Source: Eledone cirrhosa
Taxonomy: Eukaryota
Assembly: GCA_964016885.1 (NCBI GenBank)
Contig: OZ024744.1
Location: forward strand, 63,364,001 to 63,428,000
Reading direction: 5' to 3'
Length of the DNA: 64,000 bases
Below are positions 1 through 14,482 of the stretch, in pieces. Under the pieces are notes generated by a model that did no database searches, was not told where the DNA came from, and saw only the letters and a program-made list of their open reading frames with translations. The stretch's first letter is position 1. Every line of letters starts with the position of its first letter. The position numbers and the translations under genes were made by a program.

Positions 1-632
1 TCCTCACTTTGCCATTTTCTCTCTGGATCGTACTCGAACACCCATGATTTTACTTTATCTAAGAAATTTGGCTCAATTTGAGTCTTTCTAGCAAATCCTG
101 ACAAATTTCCAACCCGATTGCTTTTTTGCTCCACAGATAAGTGTTTGGGTACTGGTTTTGCACAATTTTTTCACATGTGCAAATGGTCTGGTAAAGTTCT
201 GTGAACTGCATTTTTATCCAAGCTGGTTTCTTCTGCAATCATCCTAACACTTAATTGGTGATCTTTCACCATCACTGTTCACACCACTTCTACATTTTGT
301 TCATTTGTTCTTCCAGAATGAGGTTCATCTTCAACATTTCCTTGGCTCTCTTTGAAAGCTTTGTGTCCACTTAAAAACATTACTTCTTGAGTCATATCTC
401 CATAAGCTTGTGTTAAAGAATTAAATGTACCGTTGTTCGATATTTTCTTACATTGCAAACATAACAAGAAGTTATAAACACATCTGTACATAAATAGTAA
501 TAACTCGTGACTAACTTGATCGATCATGTTGAAACAATTATGTATGTGCAGCCAAGGTCATAATCAACATACCTGTGTATATATATATCTTACATTGAAA
601 AATCAGTACCCTTACTTTTGGGACAAACCTCG
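1..632 (-). mobile_element. Degenerate mariner (Tc1/mariner) transposon, 5' part
   Basis: ORF 279-527(-) LTQAYGD...HKAFKESQGNVEDEPHSGR resembles the mariner transposase HTH region; TIR-like CGAGGTTTGTCCCAAAAGTAAG (minus) ends at 632 next to TA. Confidence 0.75.
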
Positions 633-1788
633 TATGTTCACTAATAAAAATACATTTGAATTAAACCCATTTAAAAATATTTCTACAAAATCATTACAGG
701 ATGTTAAGAGTAATATTGATGAATAAAATTGAAAACAAAATACACTTCATTGTTATCAGTTCATGTCCAAAACCTGCTGAAAAATCCCAACTCAGTACTG
801 CCAGTTGTCAAAATACTTGCCTATGTCTTGACAGAACGTTTTTTTAGTTCCATTTTTACTGGTTATTGACATGAAGAGTCTGTGAGTGTTCAATCTGCTA
901 GAAATAATAGCTAACTCTTCCTTTAAAATAAGACCATACTATTTTAAAACATTATACATATAAGTATGTGGTGCAGTATATGCTTTATCTAAGGAAAAAA
1001 AATTAGTTTTATCATGTTTGATTGATCAAGGCTGCTCTGAGGTTAAACAACAACACTTGTCAAATTTTACCTGCTCTACTGCTTAACCCTTTTTGTTGCC
1101 ATATTTTTAATGAAATATGCAGTATTTGAATTAATTACTGAAGAATTAGGAATGATTTACTAAAATTGTTAATTATTTCATTAAGATGGAGTGTTGAAAT
1201 CCATCCATGTTCATTTTTGTTGATTGGTTTAATCAACTGTTTTCTCTATAAACAGTACTTAGAGAAATGGTTGGCTTTGTTGGATGGGCATTTTTTAACC
1301 TTTTTGATACCAAACCTCCTGAAACTGGCCCAGGTTTTGTTACAAAACTGCTGGTTTTAAAGTGTTTATATTTAACAAACTTTCTATAATTTTATGTACG
1401 AACCTTTGTTTGAAATACCAACTTAATAATGAGTTGTTAGTTCTATTACTAAATGTAAATTATTGATTATTTTCAAAATTATTGGAAAATAATAATGTTT
1501 TCATTAAAAATATGGTAAAGAAAGGGTTAAAGTGTTTATATATCATCATCATCACATATATATATACCTTCCATCATAACTTTATGCAAGAACTTTTATT
1601 AAGTTATGCTCCAAACATAATAAATGAGAAAGGTATTTTACTAAATCCTTCCAAATTCTTGATTATTGAAAAAATTATTTAAATACCATAAGCAGTGTCT
1701 TTAATAGAAATATGATAATGAAATGGTTAAAAATCACTTGAAATGCTTTTTGTTGTATTTACCAATGCTATTTATTATATTATTCTAG

Positions 1789-1897
1789 GCAACCAGAGAG
1801 ATTTTCTCCGTCAAAGAACAACGGTTGCAACTTGCTCAAGAAGACTACAAGCATTACAATGAGGCTCTGGGTGGTTGGAAATCTTCACATACCAGTT
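1789..1897 (+). CDS. kibra: KIBRA/WWC exon a (first in window; post-WW coiled coil)
   Basis: ttctag|GCA..AGTT|gtaagt; ATREIFSVKEQRLQLAQEDY resembles KIBRA KEIYxVKQQRLxLAQ; phase 0-1. Confidence 0.92.
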
Positions 1898-3068
1898 GTA
1901 AGTTTTATTTTGTTTTATATTCCATAGAAAATAAAATTAACATGCAAACAAGTGAAATATTTATTGTATTTTATAACACATAACCCCCCCCCCCTCCTTT
2001 ATCAAAAAGGACAAAAACCAAAATTCATCTTGATTTTAAATGAAGTTGAGATATTTTAATAACATTATAATTACACAAAACAATTCTTATTTCTTAATAT
2101 TAAAAATAAAAGAAAGGAAAGGAAAGGAACAAGTTGTCTAAAAGCTGATGAGAGTATTTAAATGTTTGTGTGATCTTCTCTCATCCATTTTATTCCTTTT
2201 CTCCTTTCTTCCTATCACATCTGCCTCTGATTTCTATTTGAGGTAAATTTTACCTGACGCTGTCATTGAAGGGATTTTGCTGTTTTAACAGCTTCCTTGC
2301 ATTAAGTTTTTCCCATTATTCTACAAATTCTAACATACTTGCGTTTCAAACTTGATATTCAAGATAACTTTATCTATAAAAGGAATAATGTTTTCATTGA
2401 TTTTTCCATTGTTGGTATTATCTGTTGGTCACAATTCCTGGGAGGAGGAGGTGGGATTTGAACTCAGAATGCACAGAGCTAGATTAGATTCTGCAAAACC
2501 TTCAGTCTGACTCTTTAATAATTTCACCGATCCACTGCTTTTCCGGGCTAGTATTTTTGTTTATCAACTCTTGAAAGGATGAAAGGTAAAGTTGACTTCA
2601 GCAGGATTTGATCTCGGAGTGCAATGAGCTGGAACAAATAATGTAGTCTCGGAGTGTAGTGAGTTGGAACAAATAATGTAGTATTCTATTTGACACCATA
2701 ATGATGTCATCATATACTGTAATTATTTAAAAAACTCTTTAACAGCTTATGTCTAATAAAGATATTTGTATCTTAGTTTATTGAAGATGCATAGCCTAGT
2801 GGTTAAGTTGCACTTGGGATCATAAGTTTGTGGGTTTAATTACTAGGCTGGGCAATGCATTGTGTTCTTCAGCAAAATTCTTTATTTCACATTGTTCCTA
2901 CTTGCAAGAGGTGTAACTAACAGATAGAATCATTAATGGAAACATTGTTTCCTTATTCTGATCTGACAACCAGTTCCTTTCCTTTTTAGTTTGTAGTTTT
3001 GATTTCCTAAGTTATGCAACATCATGGGATTTATAAATTTGTTTAATCAATCATTATTTATCTTCCAG

Positions 3069-3228
3069 TGAATTCCAACTCCAGTGTAGGAAGTACCAAA
3101 TATGACCCAGACCTGCTGAAAGCCGATGTTTCTCATGCTAAACAGAGAGTCGCAAGACTCAAGCAAGAGTTGGAGCAAGTTAGAGCTCGGGTGCACTACA
3201 AAGAGCAAGGGGTAGAGACACTGGCTGC
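3069..3228 (+). CDS. kibra: KIBRA/WWC exon b
   Basis: ttccag|..|gtaagt; STKYDPDLLKADVSHAKQRVARLKQEL..YKEQGVETL; phase 1-2. Confidence 0.95.
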
Positions 3229-6200
3229 GTAAGTGATATATTCTTGTTCTTTTACTGGTTTCAATCATTTGACATTGCCTTAAAAGGATTTAGTTATCTG
3301 GTTTAAACAGCATCAATATGAAAACACACACACACACGCATATATATATATGATGGGCTTCTTTAGTGTTTGTCTACCAAGTTCCACTCACAAGATATCG
3401 GTACCTCAAGGCTAAAGTAAAAGTCATAAGATGCAAAGCAATGGGATTGAACTTGGAAATCATGTAGTTGTGAAGTGCATGTATGTATGTGTATATATAC
3501 ACATGTGTGTGTGTGTAAAGTACTCACTGTAAACGAGGTTGGCATTAGGAAGGGCACCCAGCTGTAGAAACCAAGCCCAAACCAAAATGTATGAACAAGA
3601 CATGGTCACCTGACCTAGGACAACTCATCTAACCCATGCTAACATGGAAAAATTGCCGTTAAATGGTGACGATGATGTGTGTGTGTGTATGTATGTGTAT
3701 AATTGTTTTACACAAATAAGTTGGAAATTTTTTGTCCTTAAGGTCGGGTCAAAACTAGTTTCCTTAGAGCTTAAGGACGCAAGGACCTTTCTAATGCTAC
3801 TTGCTGTACCTAGTAATGACAGTCATTCAAATCAATGCTACATTTTTTGTTAACCCTGTGTCTTTCAGGAATCTTTCTATTCTGTTGTTAACAGTCCCTA
3901 AAGCACCAATAGCAATAGGGGTTACTTTTGTCTAGACATTCTGTACTCTCCTTATCACCCTTGCAAAATTCTGGTGTTTTTCAGCTTTCTCCAGCTACTT
4001 GTTGGTCATTTTTTAATGTCAGGAAACAATGGCTATGTCAACAATTATACATTATTTTGACGCTTTCAAACGTCTGGACTGAACATTTTCATTCAACCCA
4101 TAAAAAACTTGCTAATTGCACACACAATTGTTTCTACTTTTGGCACAAGGCCAGCAAATTACCCAGTGCATTACTGGTACTTTACTTTATCGACCTCGTA
4201 AGGATGAAAGGCAAAGTTAACCTCGGCGGGATTTGAACTCAGTCTGTAAAGGGGCGTAACTATGCTGCAAAGCATAGCGTCCGACCCTCTACCGATACTG
4301 CACACATAATACAAGCGAGACATGGTCCATTCCCGCATCAAATGGAACAAAACCGTCTAACCCATGCTAGCGTGGAAGATGGATGTTAAACGATGATGAT
4401 GATGATGTGTGTGTGTATGTATGTCAATGTTGTTGGCGTTAGGCATTCAACCGTAGAAAACCAGTCAGAAACACCCCTATATGAGCGAGACACGGTCACC
4501 CGACCCAACTTGCCTCTAAATGGGACCCGTCTAACCCATGCTAGCGTGGAAGATAGACGTTAATCAATGATGATGATGATATATATCTTCATCACCATTG
4601 TCATTTTATGTCTGTTTTCCATGCTGGGATGAGTTGAGCAGGCCATCATGGTCTGAGATTAGACTTGTTGGAGAACCACGTCTTGTTAGTGTTCTCTATT
4701 TGGCATGGTTTCTATAGCAGCTTGCTCTGCCTAACATAAACCACTTTACAGTGATTACTGGGTACATTTTATCATGACTGTATCCCTAGAGAGGTTAGTT
4801 TGTTCCCTGATTCTCTTTACTGTGGGTAGTCTCCATATGTTTAGGAGGGGGGGGGGGGCTCAAGAGGATGAGAATGTTGTGGTGAAGGTGGTGGGGGAAG
4901 ATTGATAAGATGTTAGAGAAAGGAGTAATTTAAGAGGGATAGCTATATGTTGGTTGTTGGTAAGGATATTGGGTAGAATGCCAATAAAGGATGATTCAAG
5001 AGAGAAAGGGATGCCTTGCAGTAAGGAAAGGTGGTGGTAGAAAGTACTGAGTATAGACAGATCTTATGCTATTTCTTAGTAGTATAATCATTGTGATGGA
5101 AGATAGCTGGAGTGGTAAAAGATGGAAGTTGACTTGAATATAGAGAGATTATATACTGTCCTTTCTTACACATGGGGCATGTTACAGTGTCTATGAGAGA
5201 GGGTGAGTGATTGTTGAAGGGGTAACAAATAACAGGCTAGAGGTCCAATGTTTTACATCCTAACCTACATCAACACACAATTTAACCATTTGATACTAAA
5301 CCTGAAACCAATCTGGATTTATGATACAAATCTGCTCATAATTTTATCTAAGATTTTTAATGTAATGTTCTAAATATCAATATTGGTGCTCTAACATAAC
5401 ATTATACACATGCAGATATGTGTTGTATATTGAATAATATATGGGATGTTTATAAAAAACATTTGAAAACCTTTCGTTATGAATTTTTAAGGTTGTAACT
5501 ACCATCACATATCCTAGTCTCAGCAAAAGCAAGGGGAAGTAACCAAACATGTTGTTTCTAGCCTTTTGTCGGGTGTCCATCCCGCTTCTGCTGAGATTAA
5601 AATAAGCTAGAATCTTATTGTTGGTAACACAACCAAAAAAACGCAGAGCCCACCCAGACAAAAGCACCCAATTCACCTTGTAGAGTGAGATGTTGGACTG
5701 TGTGCTTTTTGTCATGTTACCAACTTGTCAGTTGGTCGTTTTGGTACCATGATAAAAAGCACCCAGTCCACACTGTAAATATGGTTTGATACCTTGACTT
5801 CGTATTTTTGAGCATGACACATCATTTCATGTTGCTTCTCATGATAGGTTTGGGACCTCTATCATTAAAACACCCAAGTTACCTCCTTTGATTGATCACA
5901 TAGACTCATCATTTCAATAACAAGTGAAAATTACTGTCTATGCACAACAAAAACAAATGTCACTGCTTGCTTAAACTGGTGTTGGTAAGAAAAGTCCACA
6001 GACAGACACTGCTATTCTCCCCTTATTTGTTGAAATATGTCATATCATTGTCATCATTTTATGTCTGTTTTCTTTCTTTCCATGCTGGCAGATAGGTTGG
6101 AGGACTATGTCATGCTTAATATCTTCCATGTTCAGTTTTGTTTGTACAGCTGGATGCCTTTTCCAACACCATTCACTTTACAAAGTGTACTTGTGTATTT

Positions 6201-6376
6201 AATTTATTGTGGTACTAACATTTGGGAGATTATATCTATGAAGTGACTGAATGGTCCTCCTAAACCTTTGTTTGGCATGGTTTCTCTAGTGGGATCTCCA
6301 GCCTATCACCAACCACATTACAATGTGTACTGCATGCATTTTATGACTGCTGTTTATTTAATTTCATTTGTTGAAA

Positions 6377-6685
6377 TCTATATTATAATAAGAGCGCTGT
6401 CTGGCCATCCGTCGATCCCTCTGTTTGTCACGCACACTTTATGTATAGAGAGGAGTAGTGCCAAGCTAGATATATGTACATAGATGGAGAAATGGGAACG
6501 CTGTGTATTTTCTAGGTGACAGAAAGAGGTACATAGACAGAAGGTTACAACAAAGTTATGACGTCGCCCTCATCTATATAGAGGGAAGGGGAGCGCCAAG
6601 CGAGAGATATGTACATAGAGAGAGAAAAGGAGAGAGTGTGTGTGTGTAGTGACAGAAAGAGAGAGAAGACATTGTCCTCATCTAG
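6377..6685 (+). mobile_element. Non-autonomous Helitron
   Basis: A|TC..CTAG|T ends, TCTATATTATAATAAGAGC start; second copy at 9507. Confidence 0.75.
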
Positions 6686-6883
6686 TATATCATAATTTAT
6701 GCAATTCCATAATTTTTTTGTAGCCCGAACTAATAAAACTTATTAGTTTTGGAAAAAAAGTATAATTTTGAGTGGGAGGAAAAAAATGTTTTCCTTGTGT
6801 AATTTAGAAGATTTATTGTTAATCTACTTAATTTTCTATCGAAGAAAGAGAATTAATTCATACAATATATTGAAATTTTGTAG

Positions 6884-7013
6884 TGTTGACCAAAAATTAT
6901 CGCGGATGGATGGTGGTTTTACAATAGATGAAGCACAAGCGATAATGAATGAAATAAAACAAACAAAAAAATGTTTGAATACAGAAGAGAAACAGAAACA
7001 AGAACTTATGAGG
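6884..7013 (+). CDS. kibra: KIBRA/WWC exon c
   Basis: ttgtag|..|gtatgt; VDQKLSRMDGGFTIDEAQAIMNEIK..EKQKQELMR; phase 2-0. Confidence 0.93.
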
Positions 7014-7020
7014 GTATGTT

Positions 7021-7470
7021 CATTATTTTTATTATTATTATTGTTGTTATTATTATTACTTTGTCATGCTGTGTAGCTGGAAAGTTGAGTATTTAATCAT
7101 CTGTCAAGTCTCAGACAGATAATGCTTTCCTTAAAACGTGTGCAGTGCCTAGCAAGGATGATTTTTGTATGACACCAATCTTTCATGTTATTCCCGACCA
7201 CTTCAAGGAGTCTTGGAGTTTCAATGGGATTGACTCTAGTGTCCCGATCACAACTGGTATCACTTTCTCATTACCCTCTCACATTTCAAAGAGTCTTGCC
7301 ATCTCCACTTTCATTTTGGAGTATTTGGTGACTTTTTCAACCTCGTTATTCACAATATTCGTGTCATTTGGTATGGCTATGTCTATGATCTGACAGTATT
7401 TGTCTTTCTTGTTCAACATGACAATGTCCAGTCGGCAATGCTCAATTACTATATTAGTCATAATCCCAGA
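7021..7470 (-). mobile_element. R4/Dong-like non-LTR retrotransposon 3' fragment (restriction-like endonuclease)
   Basis: HCRLDIVMLNKKDKYCQIIDIAIPNDTN..EKVTKY fits the RLE motif; ends in a (TAA)n tract on the minus strand. Confidence 0.75.
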
Positions 7471-9506
7471 ATATCATTGCTTTCACATCCTCCTGCATTA
7501 TTTTACAACATGCTTTGTGGCAGTATAGAGCTATGGCCCTTTATGTTCTGAGTTCAAATCTTGCCATAGTTAGCTTTGCTTTCATCCTTACGGGGTTGAT
7601 AGATTTAGTTGACTTACCCTTCCCTTCAAACTGCTGGCCTTGTACCTAAAGTAGAAACAATTTTCATTATTGTTGTTGTTGCTGTTATTATTATTATTAT
7701 TATTACTATTATTATTATTATTACTATATGGATTGGTGGTATCGATAGAACGTTGGACAACATGCTTTGCGGCATATACTCATGTCCCTTTACATTCTGA
7801 GTTCAAATCCTGCCATGGTTAACTTTGCCATTCATCCTTACGGGGTTGATAAAATAAAGTACCAGTAACACACTGGGATCGATTTAATTGACTTTACCCT
7901 TCTCTAAATTCTTGGCCTTGTGCTTAAATCAGAAACCATTATTATTATTATTATTATTATAACATGGGTGGTGCAGTGGCCTATTCATTAGTGTAACATA
8001 AAATGTTTTGTGGCATTTATTCCAGCTCTTTACAATTTGTGTTCAAATGGTACTGAGGGCAACTTTGCCTTTCATCCTGCCAGGATTGATAAAATTAGGT
8101 ACCAGTTATGTACAGGGATCTATATAATCAATTTTCCCTTCCTTTTAAAATTATTGGTCGTCATCAGCATCACTGTTCAACATCTATTTTCCACACTTGC
8201 ATGGGTTAGATGGCTGTAAAGTGCTGAAGCCAAACTGGTCAGGTGACTGTCTTGTTTGTACATTCCATTTTTTACCTTGTTTTTATGGCTGAATGCTTTT
8301 CCTAATGCTAACCACTTTTCAGAATATACTGGTAGAATGGTTTCTATGGCTGGATGCTCTTCTCAACCCCAACCACTTTACAGAGGGTGCTCGGGAGCAT
8401 AGTTTCTATGGTTATATACCCTTTCTAACACCAACCACTTTACAGAGTGTACTGGGAACATTTTTATCATGACTCCAACACAAAAAAAGAAAGGAGCTGA
8501 TCAGATACAACTAAAGAAATAATGTTTCCATTGTTGATACTGTTGATTTGTTGTAACTCTTGACAGAAGGAACATCATGAAATAATGTAATTTGCTTGGA
8601 AACACAAACTGTATGGTCCCACCTTACAGTTTTCAAATTTCACCCACAAAATTTTGGTTAACTTGGAGCAATAATAATATACACTTGCTCAAGGTGCTGT
8701 GTATTGAGATTGAAAACATGTTTTTGAAAAGTGGACTTCTTATTTACATGTCTATGCCTGCACCTTTTGTTAAAATTTATATGATTAAGTTTTAGGTAAA
8801 CTAAAAAAATAATGGATGTTAAAGGACAATGATGACAATGTTACATAATGAAAAGAAATTATATAAAATGTCACATGAAAAAACTGGGTTTTGTCAAATT
8901 CCAGAACCAAATTCCAGCAGTATTTTATGTCTAAAAATAATTTAAAAAATCACAAATTACTAATTTAAATAGTTTCTTTCTTATCCGTATATTGTATATT
9001 TTATAGAATTTAAAAAATGTGTAACTGTTGTTTGAGTTGTTCTGGCTTTAACAGGAGGTATTAGTAGTAGTGGTCATTGTAGTGTTTATTGATGTGTAAT
9101 TTAATACATTAATGCATATTTTTATACACACATACACACAGGTGTCATGACAAGCACCCAGTCCACCCTGTAAAGTGGTCGTGTAGGAGTCATGGCAAAA
9201 AGCTCCCAGCACACTGTAAATGTGGTTGGCATTAGGAATGGCATCCAGTCGTAGAAACCTAGCTAGAAACAGTCCTATATGAGTAAGACATGGTCACCTG
9301 CCCAGCTTACCTCAAATGGGACAACCTGCCTAAATTTAAATTAAAACCTTCCAATATAACTTTATATATAAGAACCTTTTGTTAAATTATATTAGAAATC
9401 TTAATAATTAAAGAGTTTCTATTTAAATTAAAACCTTGCAGCATAGTTTTATATAAGAACCTTTTTGTTAGGTTATCTTGCAAATACTATATTGATAATG
9501 AAATAA

Positions 9507-9809
9507 TCTATACTATAATAAGAGCACTGTCTGTCCGTCTGTCTCGCACACTTTAAATAGAGAAGTGAGCACCAAGAGAGAGATATAAACATAGATAGAG
9601 AGAGAAAAGGGAATGCTGTGTGTTTTCAAGGTGACATAAAGAGGTAGATAGATAGAAAGTTATGATGTCACCCTCATCTATATAGAAGGGAAGCGCCGAT
9701 TGAAAGAGATGTACATAGAGAGGGGAAAAGGGACACCATTTGTTTAAAGAGAGAGAAAGAGAATGAGTGTGTATGACAGAACGGAGAAGATGACGTCACC
9801 CTCATCTAG
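9507..9809 (+). mobile_element. Non-autonomous Helitron (same family as 6377)
   Basis: A|TCTATACTATAATAAGAGC ... subterminal hairpin GATGA-cgtcaccc-TCATC then TAG|T. Confidence 0.8.
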
Positions 9810-10338
9810 TAATGAATAATTTTAGTAAATACTTCCAAATTCTTCATAAATTAATTCAAATAGAGTGCATTTCATTAGAAATGCAGTCACGGAAGTTTTA
9901 AAATATTCATATTTTATTAAGAATAATTATTTATAAAGTAAAATGTTAGATTATGTTGATATGTTATAAAATATCTTTTATTATTAGCATTTTACCATTG
10001 AATGATAATAATATTTAAAAAAACAATCCTGAGAAACAAATAATGCTAATTAAATATTCTCTTGAACTCCTACCATCCTGTACCACATTAAAATTTAGAC
10101 TCTTTACTTTAATACTGCACATTTTTGCAATGATCTGTCCACTAGTAACAATACTATAAACATTTACATCAACAAACCAGTTTTTAGATACTTTATAACT
10201 AAATTATAACAAGATAAGAGTTAACCCTTTAGCATTTAAGCTGGCAATATCTGGCCAGAATTCTCTCACCTCTTTCTGTTCAAACTGGTTGTAACCTGCT
10301 GCTCATACTTATGTTATGGTATTGTTCTCAAAATAAAT

Positions 10339-10768
10339 GGTATCCCATGACTTTTGTAGACATTTTTTCACGCTCAGAGTTGCTGAAGCATGGAACAAAC
10401 TGCCTGCGTCAGTTGTTGGCTGCCAAGACACTGCATCCTTTAAGACATTCATGCTTCCCGAAATACGCCAAAACTACACCTGATGTACCCCTTCCATACA
10501 CATGCACACATGTGTGTATCATGACCCGTGCACTGTTCATTTTACTGATGTTTGTGCATTGCCCTATGTACTGTACATGAACTTTTTTGATGAGTTGTGG
10601 TGCACCTGGGCACTGTACACAATATTTCATTATTGTTATTATTATTATATCCTGACTCCTACACTGTTCATTTTCCTGACATTTGTACATTATTCTATGT
10701 ACTATACATGCACCTTTGATGAGTTGTAGTGCACCTGAGCACTGTACACAATAATTTCATTATTATTA
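10339..10768 (+). mobile_element. CR1/L2-like LINE 3' end nested in a piggyBac MITE
   Basis: FFTLRVAEAWNKLPASVV..ASFK C-terminal motif; duplicated 3' tail ending in (TTA)n; MITE halves on either side. Confidence 0.7.
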
Positions 10769-11207
10769 TATAAAACTCATAGATTCAATATTATGTAAGG
10801 TAAAGCTGTGAAAATATAATAGTAAATATAGCCATGTAAATATAACAGTAAATATAGAGTAATGTAAATGCTAAATGGCTAAATGTACATTCTTTTACTA
10901 GTTTCTGTTATTAGACTGTGGCTATGCTGGAATTTACTAGAAGGAATTTACTTTATCATATCAACCCCAGTATTTCTTTTTTCAAGTGCGGTACATATTT
11001 TATTGATCTCTTTTTGTCAGACCGCTAGGCTATGGGACTTAATCCTTTAGCCAGAATTCTCTCCTCTTTCTGTTGAAACCGGTTATATCTGGCCATTCAT
11101 ACTGATGTTAAGGTATTATTCTCAAAATAAATATCAAAATCTTATAGATTTGATATGTGAGATAGTAATGTAAATGGTAAACATAAACCCCTCACACGTA
11201 CGTTCAT

Positions 11208-11238
<31 letters not shown>

Positions 11239-11699
11239 CCGTTTAACCTTTTAGCATTTAAACTGGCCATATCCGGCCAGAATTCTCTCACATCTTTCTG
11301 TTCAAACCAGCCGTAACTGGCCACTCATACTTATAAGTTATCGTTCTCAAAATAAATATCAAAATCTCGTAGATTCGATATGTGAGTTATTGTGTAAGAT
11401 AAAACTTTTACCACAAAATTACAATAGTAAACATAGAGTAATGTAAATGCTAAATCAGATGACCATGTCTTGCTCATACAGAACTGATTCTGGCTTGGTT
11501 TCTACAGCTGGATGCCCTTCCTAACTCCAACCTCATTTACAAAGTAGACTGGGTGCTTTTTATCGTGACACCTACACAACCACTTTACACTGTGAACTGG
11601 GTGCTTTTTGTTGTGTTGCCAGAAACGACCACTTTACAGTATGGATTTGAGGCTGGGGTGGGGCATTAGGACTTTTAGAGGTATGGAGGGGGAGGGGAG

Positions 11700-12380
11700 G
11701 TAAGGAGAGTAGTGCGTACTAGATGTATGCTTCAACTTGTGCAGGTTCTTCTTTATTACTGCATAACACCAGAGATCTCAATTCTATCATTGTCTTTGAG
11801 AGGTGCAATTGTGCAAGGTCAGCTTTTATCACCTCATCCTGGGTCTTCCTACTCCATAGCTTCCATCAACTTTGATCATCTTAACCTTTTTATACAGCTC
11901 TCATTTTTCATACATATCACATATCCATACCAATGCAATCTCCTCTCCTGCACACCACATGTCATCCTTCTTATGCCCAGTTTCTCTCTCAGTTCATTTA
12001 TGCTTTGACGTTCATGTATGTAACTACTATTACACATCTATCGAAGCATAGCAGCTTCAATTCTTTCCAACCACTGCCCAGGTCTCACTACCATGTAACA
12101 TTGGTGTTCACATGCATACATCATGCAATCTGCCCTTCATTTTGAGGAAAAAAATATTTGTAGCTAGCAAGGGTTGTAGCTCCCTGAACTTTTTCCACCC
12201 CATTCTCACTCAGGCTACTGTACTTTCGACACACTCACCTCCACTGCTAATTTGGTCAACCTGAAAACAGAAGCTATCAACTGCTTCAACAGAACCTTAC
12301 AAAAATTTGATAGCACCTGTTTCCTGTGAGTGTTTGTTACTTTCAGCAGGTGCCTATAGCAGTACATCTTGAATACTTCT
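11700..12380 (-). mobile_element. Degenerate RTE LINE 3' fragment
   Basis: Similar to 46580-47100 (rc RERRLHWYG..; RVGWKKFREL..). Confidence 0.6.
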
Positions 12381-13299
12381 AGCCTGCACCAGTAAAAAAG
12401 ATTGTGCTGGTGACATGAGAAAAAAAAGCACCTAATCCACCTTGTAAGGTGGTTGTGTTGGTGACATGAGAAAAAAAAGCACCTAGTCAAGCCTGATAGA
12501 TGGTGGTTTTGTTTTGGTTTGGTGCCACGATAAAAAGCATCCTATCTACACAGTAATATTGTTGGCATTAGGAAATGCATCTTGTTATAAAAACCAAGCC
12601 AAAATACTGATCTGTATGAGCAAGACGTGGTCACCTGACTTGACTTGTTTCAGAATGTGACAACTTATCTAATCAATGCAAGTGTGGAAATATAGTTGTT
12701 AAACATTGATGATGATGATATATATATATATATATATATATCATCATCATCATCATCGTTTAACGCCTATTTTTCATGCTAGCATGGGTTAGATGGGTTG
12801 CTCCATTAGAGGTAAGTTAGGTCAGGTGACCATGACTTGCTCATATAGAACTGTTTCTGACTAGGTTTCTATGGCTGGATGTCCTTCCAAACACCAACCA
12901 CATTTACAGTATGGGCTGGGTGCTTTTTGTCATGGCACCTACACGGCCACCATACAGTGTGGACTGGGTGCTTTTTGTTGTGATATATTAATTAATTCTG
13001 TATAACTATATTTATATTCAATCATTTCTATATAACTTGCTATAATTTCCCATTATAAACAAAATATATTTTGTATCGCTATACAAAATATATTTGTAAT
13101 TCCTTCTTTATTTTATCAGTATTAATTGAACCATATTTCTAAGTTTGTGTGTATGGCTGAATGGTTAAAAATGTTATTTTACAATCATAAGGCTGTTTTA
13201 TCCCACTTCATGGGATCTTTGACAAGTTCTTTTTACCATAACCTCAGGTCAACAACCTAAGCTTTGTGAGTGAAATTGATAGAAACCTTCTGGAATCCC

Positions 13300-13620
13300 A
13301 GCGGATGGGCTATATCGGCAATTCAAAGGTCCAACATCGTCCCATATAGTGTCACACACATATTCTGTCTAGATTACGGCAAGGGTACACATGTCACATA
13401 TGTTATACTACAAAATAGGTTGTATCTGTAATTCAAAGATCCAGTCTCATCCAATATTGTGTCACACATAGATTCTGTCTGTAGATTACATCAAGAGTAC
13501 ACATGACTGTATAACATTATAATCCATGATAGGCTGTACCTCTAATTCAAAGGTCCAGCTTTGTCACATAGTGTCACACTGAATCTTCTTGGGAATTACA
13601 TTACAGGATACATGTCTGTA
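13300..13620. repeat. Diverged ~110-bp tandem repeat (3 copies)
   Basis: Recurring aattcaaag(g/a)tcca..gtgtcacac..gattac..tacacatg at ~13320, ~13430, ~13543. Confidence 0.7.
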
Positions 13621-14317
13621 AAATATTCAACTATTTATACTGTAATACAAGATAAACTTTACCAGTCAGGTTGATTTACCCTTTCCCTTCAAATTGCTGG
13701 TCTTTTGTCAAAAGAAATAATTTAAGGTGGGGTAGATTGGCAGTATTGGTTTTACAGCATATAGTTATGGCCTTCTACATTCAAACTCTGCCGTGGGTAG
13801 CTTTGCCTTTCATCCTTACAGGAGTCGATAAAATAAAGTAATGCACTGAGGTTGATTTAATTGACTTTCCCCTCCTCCAAAACTGTTGGCCTTGTTCTTA
13901 AATCAGAAACCATTATTATTAGTTGTTGTATTTTACGCTGTTCAAGTAAATGCATTTTAATTTGTTAGAAGTAAAAGCTAGGGACAGAATAGCTTCTGAC
14001 TCAATAACCTATCTTTTAGATGTTTTTTCCAGTCTTTGAAGAATTGAGCATTTGAAGAGACTTTGAAAGCTTCTAGATGTGTGTTCATGTTAAAAGTGGT
14101 TTTAACTTTTTCATTACTATATTTCTGTCTATGATATTCCAATAATTTCAAAAATAATCCAAAATTTGAATGGATTTGACTAACTTCTCATCATTGAGTT
14201 GGTGGTTGAATAAATATAAACACTTTAAAACAGAGATGCTTCCATGCAGTTTAGTATCAAAAGTGTTTGTTTTCTTGCAGTATACTTTCAATGTCTGTTC
14301 ATAGAGTTAGTGTAGAT

Positions 14318-14482
14318 CTTGGTTTCCCAAACTTTTTCAAATGCGGAACCTTTTTTAATTCAGAAACTTTTGGGGGAACCCCAAAGTCTAATACTGTTAT
14401 ATGGTCTTAATATAAATATACTCCTCTACTTTTTCATGGAACCCCAGACACTCCTTTGCGGAACCCACTTTGGGAACCACTG
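14318..14482. mobile_element. hAT (Charlie-like) MITE
   Basis: 8-bp TSD GTGTAGAT (14310-14317 and 14483-14490); CAGTGGTTCCCAAA-type TIR, left copy degenerate. Confidence 0.85.
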
